64,000 nt of DNA from Candidatus Gastranaerophilales bacterium (GCA_944322725.1 CALUPU010000007.1:8601-72600); one strand, 5' to 3'; shown: positions 6,334 to 16,007, counted from the first letter of the stretch. Notes: generated from the sequence alone by a model not told the origin. Numbers and translations are program-made.

Positions 6334-7728
6334 TTATACGCGTCCGTAAGCATCTTCGTATCGAATTATATCATCTTCCGAGATGTAGTCGCCTTTTTGT
6401 ACTTCGATAATTCTTAACTCTTCGTCATAGGGGTTTTGAAGCGAGTGTTTTGCCTTTAGCGGTATATCAATACTCTGTCCTGCCTGCAGATGGTTTTCTT
6501 TTCCGTCAAGTATAACCAGTGCTCTGCCTTCAAGCACAACCCAGTGTTCTGAACGGTGATTGTGAGACTGAATCGACAGCTTATGTTTTGGTGAAACACT
6601 TATTACTTTTGTTAAATAGCCTTCACCCTGCGCAAGACACGTGTAATAGCCCCACGGGCGAAAGACTGTTTTGTGGACTGTTCTTGTTTCTTGGTTTTCT
6701 TTTTCAAGCCTGTCATACAATTTTTTGACATCCTGAGCCTGGTCTTTTTTGCAAGCCATTATTGCATCTTCTGTCTCTACAAGGATTACATCCTCGAGTC
6801 CTGATACAGCTACAAGTTTTTTTGCACTGTATATCAATGAATTTTTTACATTGTCTGCAACAACATTGCCTTCAATAACATTACCTGCAGAGTCTTTTTC
6901 TTTTAGGTCATAGATTGACTTCCACGAGCCTATATCAAGCCAGTCCGACTCAAGCACAACCATAACGGCTTTGTCTGTTTTTTCCATTACCGCGTAGTCA
7001 AAGGAGATTTCAGGCATGTTGTCGTATACATCAAACGGAATATTCAACCCGTTTGAAAAATTCAGGTCTTTTACATTATCACTGATTTTATGGCAGTGTT
7101 TGATGGTTTCTTCTCTTAAAACAGATACCTTGCCTGTAAATATACCGCTGTTCCAAAAGTAGCTGCCGTCTTGCAGATAGTAATTTGCCTTTTGTTCGTC
7201 CGGCTTTTCTACAAAGCCTTTAACCTGATAATAATTATTTTCTTTGTTTCCGGCTTGTATGTAGCCGAATCCTGTTTCCGCGTAAGCAGGTTTAATCCCG
7301 AAAGTAACGATTGCTCCGTTGTTTATTGCATTTAGCGAATCTTTTATTGTTTTTTGAAATGCTTCAACATCTTTTATAAGGTGGTCTGAAGGCAGAATGA
7401 TTACTTCCTCGTCTTTATCAGAATTCTGTCTGATATATTCAAGCGCACAGAATATTGCAGGGGCGGTATTTTTGACGCAGGGTTCTGTTATTACAATACT
7501 GTTATTAGAAATTTGGCGCAATTGGAATTTTACATCATTGGAGTGTTTAATATTTGTAATACAGATACTTTTGTTTTCTTCAACAAGGTTTTCTATTCTT
7601 TTGCAGGTGCTTTGAAGAGGGCTGTCTTTGCCGTCCAGTGAAATAAGCTGTTTGGGGTATAGTTCTCTGCTCAACGGCCACAATCTGCTTCCTGTTCCGC
7701 CTGCCAAAATTATTGCGTACATTCTCAC
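6334..7728 (-). CDS. manC: mannose-1-phosphate guanylyltransferase / mannose-6-phosphate isomerase (type II PMI-GMP)
   Basis: N-terminal YAIILAGGTGSRLWPLSRELYPKQ nucleotidyltransferase motif. C-terminal cupin SIQSHNHRSEHWVVLEG. 464 aa. Confidence 0.88.
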   Translation of the reverse strand: MRMYAIILAGGTGSRLWPLSRELYPKQLISLDGKDSPLQSTCKRIENLVEENKSICITNIKHSNDVKFQLRQISNNSIVITEPCVKNTAPAIFCALEYIRQNSDKDEEVIILPSDHLIKDVEAFQKTIKDSLNAINNGAIVTFGIKPAYAETGFGYIQAGNKENNYYQVKGFVEKPDEQKANYYLQDGSYFWNSGIFTGKVSVLREETIKHCHKISDNVKDLNFSNGLNIPFDVYDNMPEISFDYAVMEKTDKAVMVVLESDWLDIGSWKSIYDLKEKDSAGNVIEGNVVADNVKNSLIYSAKKLVAVSGLEDVILVETEDAIMACKKDQAQDVKKLYDRLEKENQETRTVHKTVFRPWGYYTCLAQGEGYLTKVISVSPKHKLSIQSHNHRSEHWVVLEGRALVILDGKENHLQAGQSIDIPLKAKHSLQNPYDEELRIIEVQKGDYISEDDIIRYEDAYGRV

Positions 7729-7837
7729 TCCTTTAAATTCCGTTAAAACTTACACAAATTATACTTTAATAAAACACAGATTTCAAAGATTATGGTATGA
7801 TATAGTCACTTGAGTACTTTACGGGAATGAGAGTGAA

Positions 7838-9340
7838 ATGTTATCAACAACTGTAATCAACTGTTTTAAAAACTTAAAAATACTTTGTATCGGCGATATT
7901 ATGCTGGACAAATTTTTATACGGGGATGTGGAAAGAATCTCGCCCGAGGCTCCTGTTCCCATTTTTAAGATTGTTAAGGAAAAATCCATGCTCGGCGGCA
8001 CGGGCAACGTTATTGCAAACCTTGCTTCGCTCGATGTAAAAACAATGTTTATTGGTGCTGCGGGCAATGATGATTCCTGTGTGATGCTGGAGTATTTTTT
8101 AAAACAGACAGGATGTGAGTATTCTCTTTTGAAGTCAGACAAATACCCTACAACTACTAAGATAAGAATGATTGCAAACAACAATCACCTGATAAGAGCG
8201 GACAAAGAAACAGAACTGAAACTTGAACATTCTCAGATAGAACAGTTCAGGAATTTTGTTGAACAAGCGCTTCCAAAATGCCACATAGTACTTGTTTCAG
8301 ATTATAAAAAAGGTCTTTTGACAGATGAAACCACTCAAATGGTTATCTCTCTATGCAAACAGTACGGAAAAAAAGTTCTTGTAGACCCCAAAGAAAGAGA
8401 CTTTGCAAAATATTCAGGTGCAGATATTGTAAAGCCTAATCTTAAAGAGTTTGAACTTGTGTCCGGTGAAAAGTTTGATACTAAAGACCCTGACTTTAAA
8501 GAAAAAATTGCAGCTGCTGCGTATAAAGTAATGGAAAAATACGAAATAGAAAATCTTCTTATTACATTGAGCAAAGACGGCATGCTTTTTGTCCCATCTG
8601 ACAAAACACAGGAGGTTCTCCATATACCTGCGGAAGCAAAAGAGGTTTATGATGTGTCGGGTGCGGGAGATACATCTCTTGCTGTGCTTGGTGCTTCTAT
8701 TGCTGCGGGTGTTTACATAAGCGATGCGATGAAACTTGCCAATCTTGCTTCCGGTATAGTAGTTGGAAAACTTGGTACTGCTTGCGTTTCACCTTCCGAA
8801 CTTCGCAATGCAATTATTAGCGAAAATGCAAAAGGCAAGCTTTCTCAGAGCCTGAAAATAGTTTCTGTTGATGAAGCTGTTGAAATAGCAAAAGAATTGA
8901 AATCGCAAAACAAGGTAATAGGCTTCACAAACGGATGTTTTGATGTTCTTCATCTGGGGCATATTCATTCTTTTGCGGGAGCAAAAAAAGAATGCGACTG
9001 CCTGTTTGTCGGCATAAACTCCGACAACTCCGTGAAGAAAATCAAAGGCGAACAATTCCCGCTACAGGACGAAAAAACACGCGCTTACGTTGCAGCATCA
9101 CTGGAATTTGTGGATTATGTGGTATTGTTTGACGAAGACACTGCTCTTGAACTTGTTAAGAAATTAAACCCTGATGTAATAGCAAAAGAAGGGTTTAAGA
9201 TAGAAAACTGGCCAGAGGCACAGTATGTAATCTCACAGGGCGGAAGAGCAGTAGAATTGGAACGTATTGAGGATTACTCCACAACCGCAGTTTTGAATAA
9301 GATAGATAATTTAAAGGGTAATGGTGTTTTAAATGTATAA
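7838..9340 (+). CDS. hldE: bifunctional D-beta-D-heptose 7-phosphate kinase / heptose 1-phosphate adenylyltransferase
   Basis: The PfkB kinase half has ILCIGDIMLDKFLYGDVERISPEAPVP and DVSGAGDT. The cytidylyltransferase half has GFTNGCFDVLHLGHIHSF. 500 aa. Confidence 0.9.
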   Translation: MLSTTVINCFKNLKILCIGDIMLDKFLYGDVERISPEAPVPIFKIVKEKSMLGGTGNVIANLASLDVKTMFIGAAGNDDSCVMLEYFLKQTGCEYSLLKSDKYPTTTKIRMIANNNHLIRADKETELKLEHSQIEQFRNFVEQALPKCHIVLVSDYKKGLLTDETTQMVISLCKQYGKKVLVDPKERDFAKYSGADIVKPNLKEFELVSGEKFDTKDPDFKEKIAAAAYKVMEKYEIENLLITLSKDGMLFVPSDKTQEVLHIPAEAKEVYDVSGAGDTSLAVLGASIAAGVYISDAMKLANLASGIVVGKLGTACVSPSELRNAIISENAKGKLSQSLKIVSVDEAVEIAKELKSQNKVIGFTNGCFDVLHLGHIHSFAGAKKECDCLFVGINSDNSVKKIKGEQFPLQDEKTRAYVAASLEFVDYVVLFDEDTALELVKKLNPDVIAKEGFKIENWPEAQYVISQGGRAVELERIEDYSTTAVLNKIDNLKGNGVLNV

Positions 9341-10382
9341 TATAGAACAAGATTTTGAGACAATCAGCAGTAACTTTCAGAAGATAAAGACCCTTACTCC
9401 TGTGATAGAGAAGGTTGCAGATGCTTGTATAGAAAGTATTAAAAACGGCGGGAAGGTAATGTTTTGCGGAAACGGCGGCTCTGCTGCCGACTCACAGCAT
9501 CTTGCCGCAGAACTTGTCGGACGCTACAAAATGAATCGACCTGCACTCAATTCCGTTGCTCTGACTACCGATACATCTATTTTAACTGCGGTCGGAAATG
9601 ATTTTGGATACGACACGATTTTTGAACGTCAGGTTGAAGGCATAGGCAAAAAGGGCGATGTTCTTGTTGGACTTTCCACAAGCGGTAACAGCAAAAACGT
9701 ACTGCTTGCAATGGACAAGGCAAAATCTATGGGTATCAAAACCGTTGCAATGACCGGTGAAAAAGGCGGAAAGATGAAGGAAAAAGCCGATTTTGCACTC
9801 AATGTTCCATCTGATACAACAAACCATATTCAAGAAATGCACATTGCAGTGGGGCATATTCTGTGCGGAATAATTGAGAAAGAATGCGCTCCTAAAGTTA
9901 AAGCTTTGTTTTTAGACCGTGACGGCACGATTAATGTGGATTACGGCTATACTTTTGAAACAGAAAAATTCGAGTTTACAGACGGTATTATTGACCTTTG
10001 CAAAGACGCTCAAAACAAAGGCTACAAGATATTTGTAATCACCAATCAGTCGGGTGTTGAGCGCGGTTACTACACGATAGAGCAGATGGATACCTTTAAT
10101 GCCTATATGAAAGAGGAATTTCAAAAACACGGTATACAAATCACAGAAGTATACTGCTGTCCGTATCTTGAACATCCTGACAGAAAGCCTAATGCAGGCA
10201 TGTTCTTGAAAGCCCGTGACAGATATAACATTGATATGGCAAATTCTGTTGCAGTGGGCGACAAGGAACGTGATACGGAAGCAGCAATGGCAGCGGGTGT
10301 AAAGGTATCTTATTTGTTGAGCAAAGACGCTGCTCAATCGAAAGGCAGAATAGCAGCTTCCTTAAGAGAAATCAAACTGTAA
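9333..10382 (+). CDS. gmhA-gmhB: fusion of phosphoheptose isomerase (GmhA, SIS domain) and D,D-heptose 1,7-bisphosphate phosphatase (GmhB, HAD)
   Basis: The N-terminal half has GGKVMFCGNGGSAADSQHLAAEL..GLSTSGNSKNV..QEMHIAVGHIL. The C-terminal half has FLDRDGTINVD..VITNQSGVERG..RKPNAGMF..VGDKERD. It overlaps the hldE stop by 8 nt. Confidence 0.88.
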   Translation: MYNIEQDFETISSNFQKIKTLTPVIEKVADACIESIKNGGKVMFCGNGGSAADSQHLAAELVGRYKMNRPALNSVALTTDTSILTAVGNDFGYDTIFERQVEGIGKKGDVLVGLSTSGNSKNVLLAMDKAKSMGIKTVAMTGEKGGKMKEKADFALNVPSDTTNHIQEMHIAVGHILCGIIEKECAPKVKALFLDRDGTINVDYGYTFETEKFEFTDGIIDLCKDAQNKGYKIFVITNQSGVERGYYTIEQMDTFNAYMKEEFQKHGIQITEVYCCPYLEHPDRKPNAGMFLKARDRYNIDMANSVAVGDKERDTEAAMAAGVKVSYLLSKDAAQSKGRIAASLREIKL

Positions 10383-10432
10383 GGAATAAGTGGGAATTGA
10401 ATTGATTTTCATAGATGCTCTTTTTCTCTAAA
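10362..10432 (-). pseudogene. remnant of a paralog of the 10438..11085 gene (5' end only)
   Basis: About 45 nt (10385-10432) match 11058-11108 at roughly 85 percent identity, covering the RBS region and start. It would encode MKINSIPTYS.. (compare MKINPISTYS..) and stops after 16 codons inside the gmhA-gmhB 3' end. Confidence 0.55.
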
Positions 10433-10437
10433 ATTTA

Positions 10438-11085
10438 TCAAACAATCGGGAATTGTGGAGATTCATAATAATTAGGTTCATCTCGCCATATATGGATAAA
10501 TTCAGGTTTGAGAGCTATCAAATATTCATCCGGTATGAATTTTGTCATTGTATCAATAGCTTCGTTAATTGTTCTTTCAACCATTTTTTGAGTAGGCACT
10601 TTAAAATCTTTAATTTTATCTACATAAACATCCTCATCGCTAAGTACAGAATTACTGGTGAAAACAGTACTTAGCCTTGATAAATAAGCCTGAAATTTTG
10701 ATTCATCTTTTTCTAATTCTTTTAAATATCTATACTCATCTTCAAGTTGATTTCTTTTCGTATAATCAAGTATCTCTTTATGTGCTCTATGCACATCTTT
10801 AAACATTCCTTTAACCATAATATTAGATTTGATTTTACGTCTTTTTGTTTCACCATTTGTATACGGTTCTAAAATTAAAAGTATATTATCAGATCCAACA
10901 TTTTTAAATTTTCCGTCTATAGATTTAAAAATACTATTAATTGTATTAAAATGTTCATCAGGCATTTCGTGTTCAGAAAAATATGTATTCACTATTCTTA
11001 CATCTGCCTTAAAGTTGGTTTTCTGGTTGTTTTTATTATTTCTTTGATAATTTGATGAATAAGTGGAAATAGGATTAATTTTCAT
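10438..11085 (-). CDS. hypothetical protein (215 aa)
   Basis: Long ORF with coding-like composition and no recognisable domain. Its N-terminus MKINPISTYSSNY is duplicated as a remnant downstream. Confidence 0.55.
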   Translation of the reverse strand: MKINPISTYSSNYQRNNKNNQKTNFKADVRIVNTYFSEHEMPDEHFNTINSIFKSIDGKFKNVGSDNILLILEPYTNGETKRRKIKSNIMVKGMFKDVHRAHKEILDYTKRNQLEDEYRYLKELEKDESKFQAYLSRLSTVFTSNSVLSDEDVYVDKIKDFKVPTQKMVERTINEAIDTMTKFIPDEYLIALKPEFIHIWRDEPNYYESPQFPIV

Positions 11086-11189
11086 AGATGCTCTCTTTCT
11101 CTCTTTTTGATATTTTAGACTATATCACAGTTGATATATTATAGTATGTCGTATTTGATATGTTTTTATAATTTGTTACAATCGTAAGA

Positions 11190-11975
11190 TTAAATTTTGA
11201 ATTTGCTAAATGTGTTTGAAACAGGTATTTTGTATGGAACAGGTCGTGTTGTTTCAATTTGTTTTGTTTTATGTTTATCCTTCATTAATTTTTTCTGAAA
11301 ATAGTTTGCTGTTATGTTGCGTGCAATAGGTGTAAGCAGGTTGCTTGCCAGAACTGAGGCACCTACAGCAGTAATAACACCTAAGCCGTTTTTATATTTT
11401 TTAAAGTTTCTTTGTGCATCTTTTAATATTTGTATTTCTTCTTGAATCTGTTGAGAAGTTTTAAAATTTGCAAATCGCTTGTGGAATTTTAAATTACCAC
11501 GCTTTTCCAATTTGAAATTCAAATATTTTATTGAACCTTGCCAAAATTTTGATAAATTGCCTTTGATTTCTTTTATTTTTAATAATTTTTCATCTTGAGA
11601 AAAAAGCAAAAGCTCTCCTTTTACAATTTCTCCTAAACTATTAGGTTGTGAAGTTTGTAATTTCATAAGGGCATCATGAGTTTTTTGTGTTACAAAACAA
11701 CAGCTTTCCAGCAGCCAGTCGCCTGCTTTTTTTATCGCAGCACAAACAGTGTAATAAAGCGTGCAGTTTATCACACCGTCAGCAACCTCCTGCGGTATAA
11801 GGAATTTCTTTTCCTTCTTGTCTATATCTTTGTTGCGCGCAATCATCCCGATTTGAGCGAGTGCGGAAAATACCCAGCCTAAAGTCCCCAGCAGGATAAG
11901 ACCCTTGCCCGCATCACTGCCGCAAGAGTTCCATACGCGATTAACCAGTCCTTTTAAAATATTAACCTGAGGCAT
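11190..11975 (-). CDS. hypothetical membrane protein (261 aa), paralog of the upstream gene
   Basis: Hydrophobic segments near both ends (GLILLGTLGWVFSALAQIG; LGVITAVGASVLASNLL). Same layout as 11962..12522. 14-nt overlap suggests translational coupling. Confidence 0.55.
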   Translation of the reverse strand: MPQVNILKGLVNRVWNSCGSDAGKGLILLGTLGWVFSALAQIGMIARNKDIDKKEKKFLIPQEVADGVINCTLYYTVCAAIKKAGDWLLESCCFVTQKTHDALMKLQTSQPNSLGEIVKGELLLFSQDEKLLKIKEIKGNLSKFWQGSIKYLNFKLEKRGNLKFHKRFANFKTSQQIQEEIQILKDAQRNFKKYKNGLGVITAVGASVLASNLLTPIARNITANYFQKKLMKDKHKTKQIETTRPVPYKIPVSNTFSKFKI

Positions 11976-12522
11976 TATTCACCTCCGGCATTTTTTCCTT
12001 TTCCACCAGCTTTTTCATTTTTGGTGTCAGTGCTTTGGTAATAATTTTTGTAAGCGGAGCGTCTATTAAAAAGTTTGTGAATATCATTGTAACGGTAGCA
12101 AATACTGTCCCTAGTGTTTTAATCGAGTTATTATAAATGCCCTCAAATTCTTCACGTGTCATTTCTTTGTAAAAATCAGGTTTGAATTCCGGCATCAGAA
12201 CATCTCTGTTGCTTTTTCTTTTAATTGATGTGATAAACTTTTCTCCCTCTGTCAGCGTATATCGTGAAAATGCCTTTGCGCCTGCTATACAGCCGTATCT
12301 TACAAGTACACCCACCAGCGTGCCTGCAGCAATTTTGCCTATAGTTCTTGCAACGGAAACTGCTCTCGTGTCATCATCTGCGGCTTTGTTGTGAAAGTCA
12401 ATCAGAGGCTGCATTGCCAGTGCCGTCACACCTTGAATCAGTCTCTGTTCGGGGGAATTAATATGTTTGCCGACGAAGTCTGAAATAAACTTCTCGGTTC
12501 GGGGTTTGATAATAATAGACAT
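11962..12522 (-). CDS. hypothetical membrane protein (186 aa)
   Basis: Hydrophobic segments (GKIAAGTLVGVLVRYGCIAGA; LGTVFATVTMIFTNFLI). No recognised family. Confidence 0.55.
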   Translation of the reverse strand: MSIIIKPRTEKFISDFVGKHINSPEQRLIQGVTALAMQPLIDFHNKAADDDTRAVSVARTIGKIAAGTLVGVLVRYGCIAGAKAFSRYTLTEGEKFITSIKRKSNRDVLMPEFKPDFYKEMTREEFEGIYNNSIKTLGTVFATVTMIFTNFLIDAPLTKIITKALTPKMKKLVEKEKMPEVNNASG

Positions 12523-12622
12523 TTCACTTTTCCGCTTGTTGGTTATACAAAGCGCAAAGTTAAATTTTTTTGCTATTAAAAAATTTTTATTTTAAAAAAT
12601 CGTAATAATTGAAAGATTATTT

Positions 12623-12991
12623 TTACTTTGCAAGCATAAATCCTGCAAAAGTTGCACCCAGTCCGATTGCAAAACTCAAGAGCATATACATTGCACAATG
12701 TAAGATTTTTCCGTCACGTAAAAAGCAAAATGACTCACAGCTGAATGTGCTGAAAGTTGTCAAACCGCCCAGAAAACCAACGGTCAAAAAGAGTTTTAAT
12801 GCAGGAGGAAAAGCTTCTGCTTTGTGCATTGCTATACCGAAAATATATCCAATTAAAAAACATCCTATAATATTTGCGCTGAATGTTCCCCAGTGTGCAA
12901 TACCGAAAAACCTGTTCGAAATTATAGTTATCAAATATCTGCAGGCAGCTCCTATTCCGCCGCCAAGGAATACAGCCAGTATATTTAACAT
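12623..12991 (-). CDS. crcB: fluoride ion channel CrcB/FluC
   Basis: 122 aa with four hydrophobic helices. Motifs GGGIGAACRY, GTFSANIIGCFLIG and GFLGGLTTFSTFS. Confidence 0.88.
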   Translation of the reverse strand: MLNILAVFLGGGIGAACRYLITIISNRFFGIAHWGTFSANIIGCFLIGYIFGIAMHKAEAFPPALKLFLTVGFLGGLTTFSTFSCESFCFLRDGKILHCAMYMLLSFAIGLGATFAGFMLAK

Positions 12992-13885
12992 TTAATTTTC
13001 CTCGATTTTGTCTTTTGCTATAAAGCTGAAAAGATTGCATATTGCTTCTCTGTGGCTGAATATTTTTCCGATACAGCCTGCATAAAGAAGCATTTTTATA
13101 AACCACAAATTTTGTTTTGTTCCGTAGCAGAGTCGAAACAGCAGGTATTTGCTTTTCAAAAATTCAAAATACATCCTTTCTCTTTTCTTCGGAGATTTGT
13201 TATGAAGGTGTATGATTTTTGCTTCCGGAGTGATAAAAATTTTATATCCTGCTTTTTTGATTCTGTATTGAAGTTCGGCTTCTTCCGAATACATAAAGAA
13301 TCTTTCATCAAAAAACCCAGCTTTATCCAGTGCTTCTTTTCTGAGCATAACATCAGCACCTGTAATAAAATCAACGCTTTTGCATTCGTTGTTTTTATTT
13401 TCGCCTCTGTCTTTCATCTTTTTAAATCGTTTCGGGAAGAATATTCGCAGAGGGAAAGTTTTTATAAACAAATCAGTGAGGTCAAAAATATTTCCGTATG
13501 AGTGAATATTTTTGTTGTTTTCGTCGTAAAGATTTCCGCCGGCTGCCCCCATCATAGGGTCTGATTCCATAAAGTCATACAGGATTTTTATTGCATTGTT
13601 TATGAGAATTGTATCAGTATTCAAAAGAAAAGCGTATTTTGCATCAAATACACGAAGAGCGTGGTTGTTGCCCGCGCCGAATCCGTCGTTCACATCACTT
13701 TGTATAAACTTTACATCCGGAAATTCCTGTTTCAAAAGTTCGTCTATTCCGTCATAAGACGCATTATCCACAACATATATATCAAAATTCAGGTCTTTTG
13801 TCTTTTCATAAATTGACTCAATACACTGCTTTGTCAAATCTTTTGTCTTGTAGTTTACAAGAATTATTGATACATCTTTTTGCAT
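12992..13885 (-). CDS. family 2 glycosyltransferase
   Basis: VSIILVNYKTKDLTKQCIESI..YVVDNASYDG..GFGAGNN motifs. Start set at the internal ATG (13885), preceded by GGGGAG, rather than the longest ORF (14005). Its stop abuts the crcB start. Confidence 0.82.
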   Translation of the reverse strand: MQKDVSIILVNYKTKDLTKQCIESIYEKTKDLNFDIYVVDNASYDGIDELLKQEFPDVKFIQSDVNDGFGAGNNHALRVFDAKYAFLLNTDTILINNAIKILYDFMESDPMMGAAGGNLYDENNKNIHSYGNIFDLTDLFIKTFPLRIFFPKRFKKMKDRGENKNNECKSVDFITGADVMLRKEALDKAGFFDERFFMYSEEAELQYRIKKAGYKIFITPEAKIIHLHNKSPKKRERMYFEFLKSKYLLFRLCYGTKQNLWFIKMLLYAGCIGKIFSHREAICNLFSFIAKDKIEEN

Positions 13886-13975
13886 ATTAATACTCCCCGA
13901 TAAATAATAACATGAATTATTTGAATTATTATAGTATAATAATTTAAAATTTGTGAGTTTATGAGGGAGTATCAA

Positions 13976-14773
13976 ATGAGTACAAAAATTTCTGTTGTTA
14001 TACACACATTCAATTGTGAAAATATACTGAGAGACTGTCTGGAAAGAGTAAAAGATTTTGATGAAATAGTAATCTGTGATATGTACTCGGATGACAAAAC
14101 TCTTGAAATAGCAAAGGAATACGGCTGTAAAATAGTAATGTTTGAGCGTTCAGGTTATGCAGAACCGGCAAGAAACTTTGCTATTCAAAGCGCTTCCAAT
14201 GACTGGGTATTTGTAGTTGATTCTGATGAGTGGGTAAAAGAGCCTTTGAAAAAACAAATCAGAGATTTTGTGGAAAACCCGGGCGAATATACGGGTGCAA
14301 GAATTGTTCGCAGAGCAAGAGATATTAATGATAAGACGGTTTATTCGGATGATACAAAACTTGATATACCTGAATACCTTATTAGAGTGTTTAGAAAAGA
14401 TGATGTTGATTGGCCGCCGGAAGTGCATAGTTCTCCTATCATAAAATCAGGTAAAATTTATGATTTTCCTTATACAGGTGAAGGTGTTGTGCTAGATCAT
14501 GTTATGGATTTTTCTTGGCATGATTATATAGACAAATTGAACAAATATACGGATTTTGAAGTTGAAAAACTTGTCAGAAAAGGCAAAAAAGTAAATATTT
14601 ATTATACGTATTTTCAATCTATCTGGAGAACACTTGAAATGTTCTTTTTTGAAGGCGGATACAAGCAGGGCATAGAAGGATTTATCTGGTGTGCGGTTGC
14701 AGGATTCTACAAATTTTTGTCAAGAGCTAAATATCTAGAATACCTGAAAAAACAAAAACAAAAAATGAATTAA
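13976..14773 (+). CDS. family 2 glycosyltransferase
   Basis: ISVVIHTFNCENILRDCLERV..ICDMYSDDKT..VVDSDEW motifs. Start set at the second ATG, preceded by GAGGGAG. Confidence 0.8.
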   Translation: MSTKISVVIHTFNCENILRDCLERVKDFDEIVICDMYSDDKTLEIAKEYGCKIVMFERSGYAEPARNFAIQSASNDWVFVVDSDEWVKEPLKKQIRDFVENPGEYTGARIVRRARDINDKTVYSDDTKLDIPEYLIRVFRKDDVDWPPEVHSSPIIKSGKIYDFPYTGEGVVLDHVMDFSWHDYIDKLNKYTDFEVEKLVRKGKKVNIYYTYFQSIWRTLEMFFFEGGYKQGIEGFIWCAVAGFYKFLSRAKYLEYLKKQKQKMN

Positions 14774-14874
14774 CCTTTGTATAAAACTTAATAATATCTT
14801 AATAAAAAAGCCTTAATTTATAGTGCATTTTGCGCTATACTTGGCGTGTAAAATAAGAATATCGAGGAAAAATT

Positions 14875-15585
14875 ATGTTATTAGGTGTAAATATTGACCA
14901 TATAGCTACATTGAGAAATGCAAGAGGCGGATTGGAGCCGAATTTGATTCAGGCAGCATTGCTTTGTGAAAAAGCCGGTGCTGACGGTATCACAGTGCAC
15001 CTTCGAGAAGACCGGCGCCACACCCGCGACAATGATGTTATTGAGTTAAAAAATATTCTCAAAACAAGATTGAACCTTGAAATGGCACTGACTGACGAAA
15101 TGCAAAAGATTGCACTTGATGTTAAGCCTGAAAATATATGCCTTGTACCTGAAAAACGTCAAGAGGTTACAACCGAAGGCGGTTTGGATGTTGCTTCACG
15201 CGTTGAGTTTGTAAAAGACTTTGTGAAACCGCTTGTCGAAGCGGGTATAATTGTCAGCCTCTTTATTGATGCTGATAAAGAACAGGTAGAAGCAGCCGCC
15301 AAAACAGGCGCTCAGTTTATAGAACTTCATACCGGAAGATATTCGGAAGCCTGGGGAACTGCGCAGGAAGAAAAAGAAATAAATCATCTTAAAGAAGGTG
15401 CTGCTCTTGCTAAAAAACTCGGGCTCAAAGTTAATGCAGGACATGGGCTGACTTATGAAAATGTTCACAGGATGCGAGAAATTCCGGAACTTATCGAACT
15501 TAATATCGGTCATAATATTATAGCCAGAGCAGTATTTGACGGTTTGGAAAAAGCTGTAAAAGATATGAAAGATTTGATTGTTTAA
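14875..15585 (+). CDS. pdxJ: pyridoxine 5'-phosphate synthase
   Basis: [42 protein letters not shown] motifs. 236 aa. Confidence 0.92.
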   Translation: MLLGVNIDHIATLRNARGGLEPNLIQAALLCEKAGADGITVHLREDRRHTRDNDVIELKNILKTRLNLEMALTDEMQKIALDVKPENICLVPEKRQEVTTEGGLDVASRVEFVKDFVKPLVEAGIIVSLFIDADKEQVEAAAKTGAQFIELHTGRYSEAWGTAQEEKEINHLKEGAALAKKLGLKVNAGHGLTYENVHRMREIPELIELNIGHNIIARAVFDGLEKAVKDMKDLIV

Positions 15586-15596
15586 GATTGTCCGAG

Positions 15597-15631
15597 AAAA
15601 TTTTGCGATAAGGAACATGAGCAAAATTTTT
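15597..15631 (+). terminator. candidate terminator after pdxJ
   Basis: AAAATTTTGC, a 14-nt loop, then GCAAAATTTT. The stem ends in a T-run. Confidence 0.45.
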
Positions 15632-15794
15632 GAGTGTCATTTGAAAAGGTGAGTAAGATGACGGAAATGTTGAGTTTTCGGCAGCTTACGACACTAGATT
15701 AGATTTTTGTTAAGAATTTTCAATCCGTACTTGATATTACACTGTGTTTACAGTAGGGTAAAATAAGAAACTAATCTTTGAAAGGAATATAGAA

Positions 15795-15986
15795 ATGGCA
15801 AAACAATGCGCAATATGCGGTAAAACAAGACTTAAAGCAGCTAAAATTTCTTTTTCACATAAACAACATGTGCACAGACAAGAAGTTAACCTTCAATCTG
15901 TAAAAGTTAAGCAGAACGGCACTGTAAAAAGAATTGATGTTTGCACTTCATGCATCAGAGCAGGCAAAGTTCAAAGAGCCGTATAG
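15795..15986 (+). CDS. rpmB: 50S ribosomal protein L28
   Basis: MAKQCAICGK..SFSHKQHVHRQEVNLQ..CTSCIRAGKV. 63 aa, zinc-ribbon form. Confidence 0.9.
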   Translation: MAKQCAICGKTRLKAAKISFSHKQHVHRQEVNLQSVKVKQNGTVKRIDVCTSCIRAGKVQRAV

Positions 15987-16007
15987 TTTTTTTAAAACAT
16001 TTTTAAA

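Noticed and set aside
12609-12995. 128-aa plus-strand ORF
   Set aside because: It is exactly antisense to the well-supported crcB gene and has a low-complexity Lys/Pro/Ile composition. It is an artefact of the opposite-strand coding sequence.
12992-14005. Longest-ORF N-terminal extensions (12992..14005, 13961.., 33714.., 34360.., 35125..35442, 36607.., 40791.., 21380.., 29422..31056)
   Set aside because: The extensions lack an RBS, overlap divergent genes or promoters, and precede internal starts that have good Shine-Dalgarno sequences or signal peptides. Internal starts were preferred, and the uncertainty is noted in the features.
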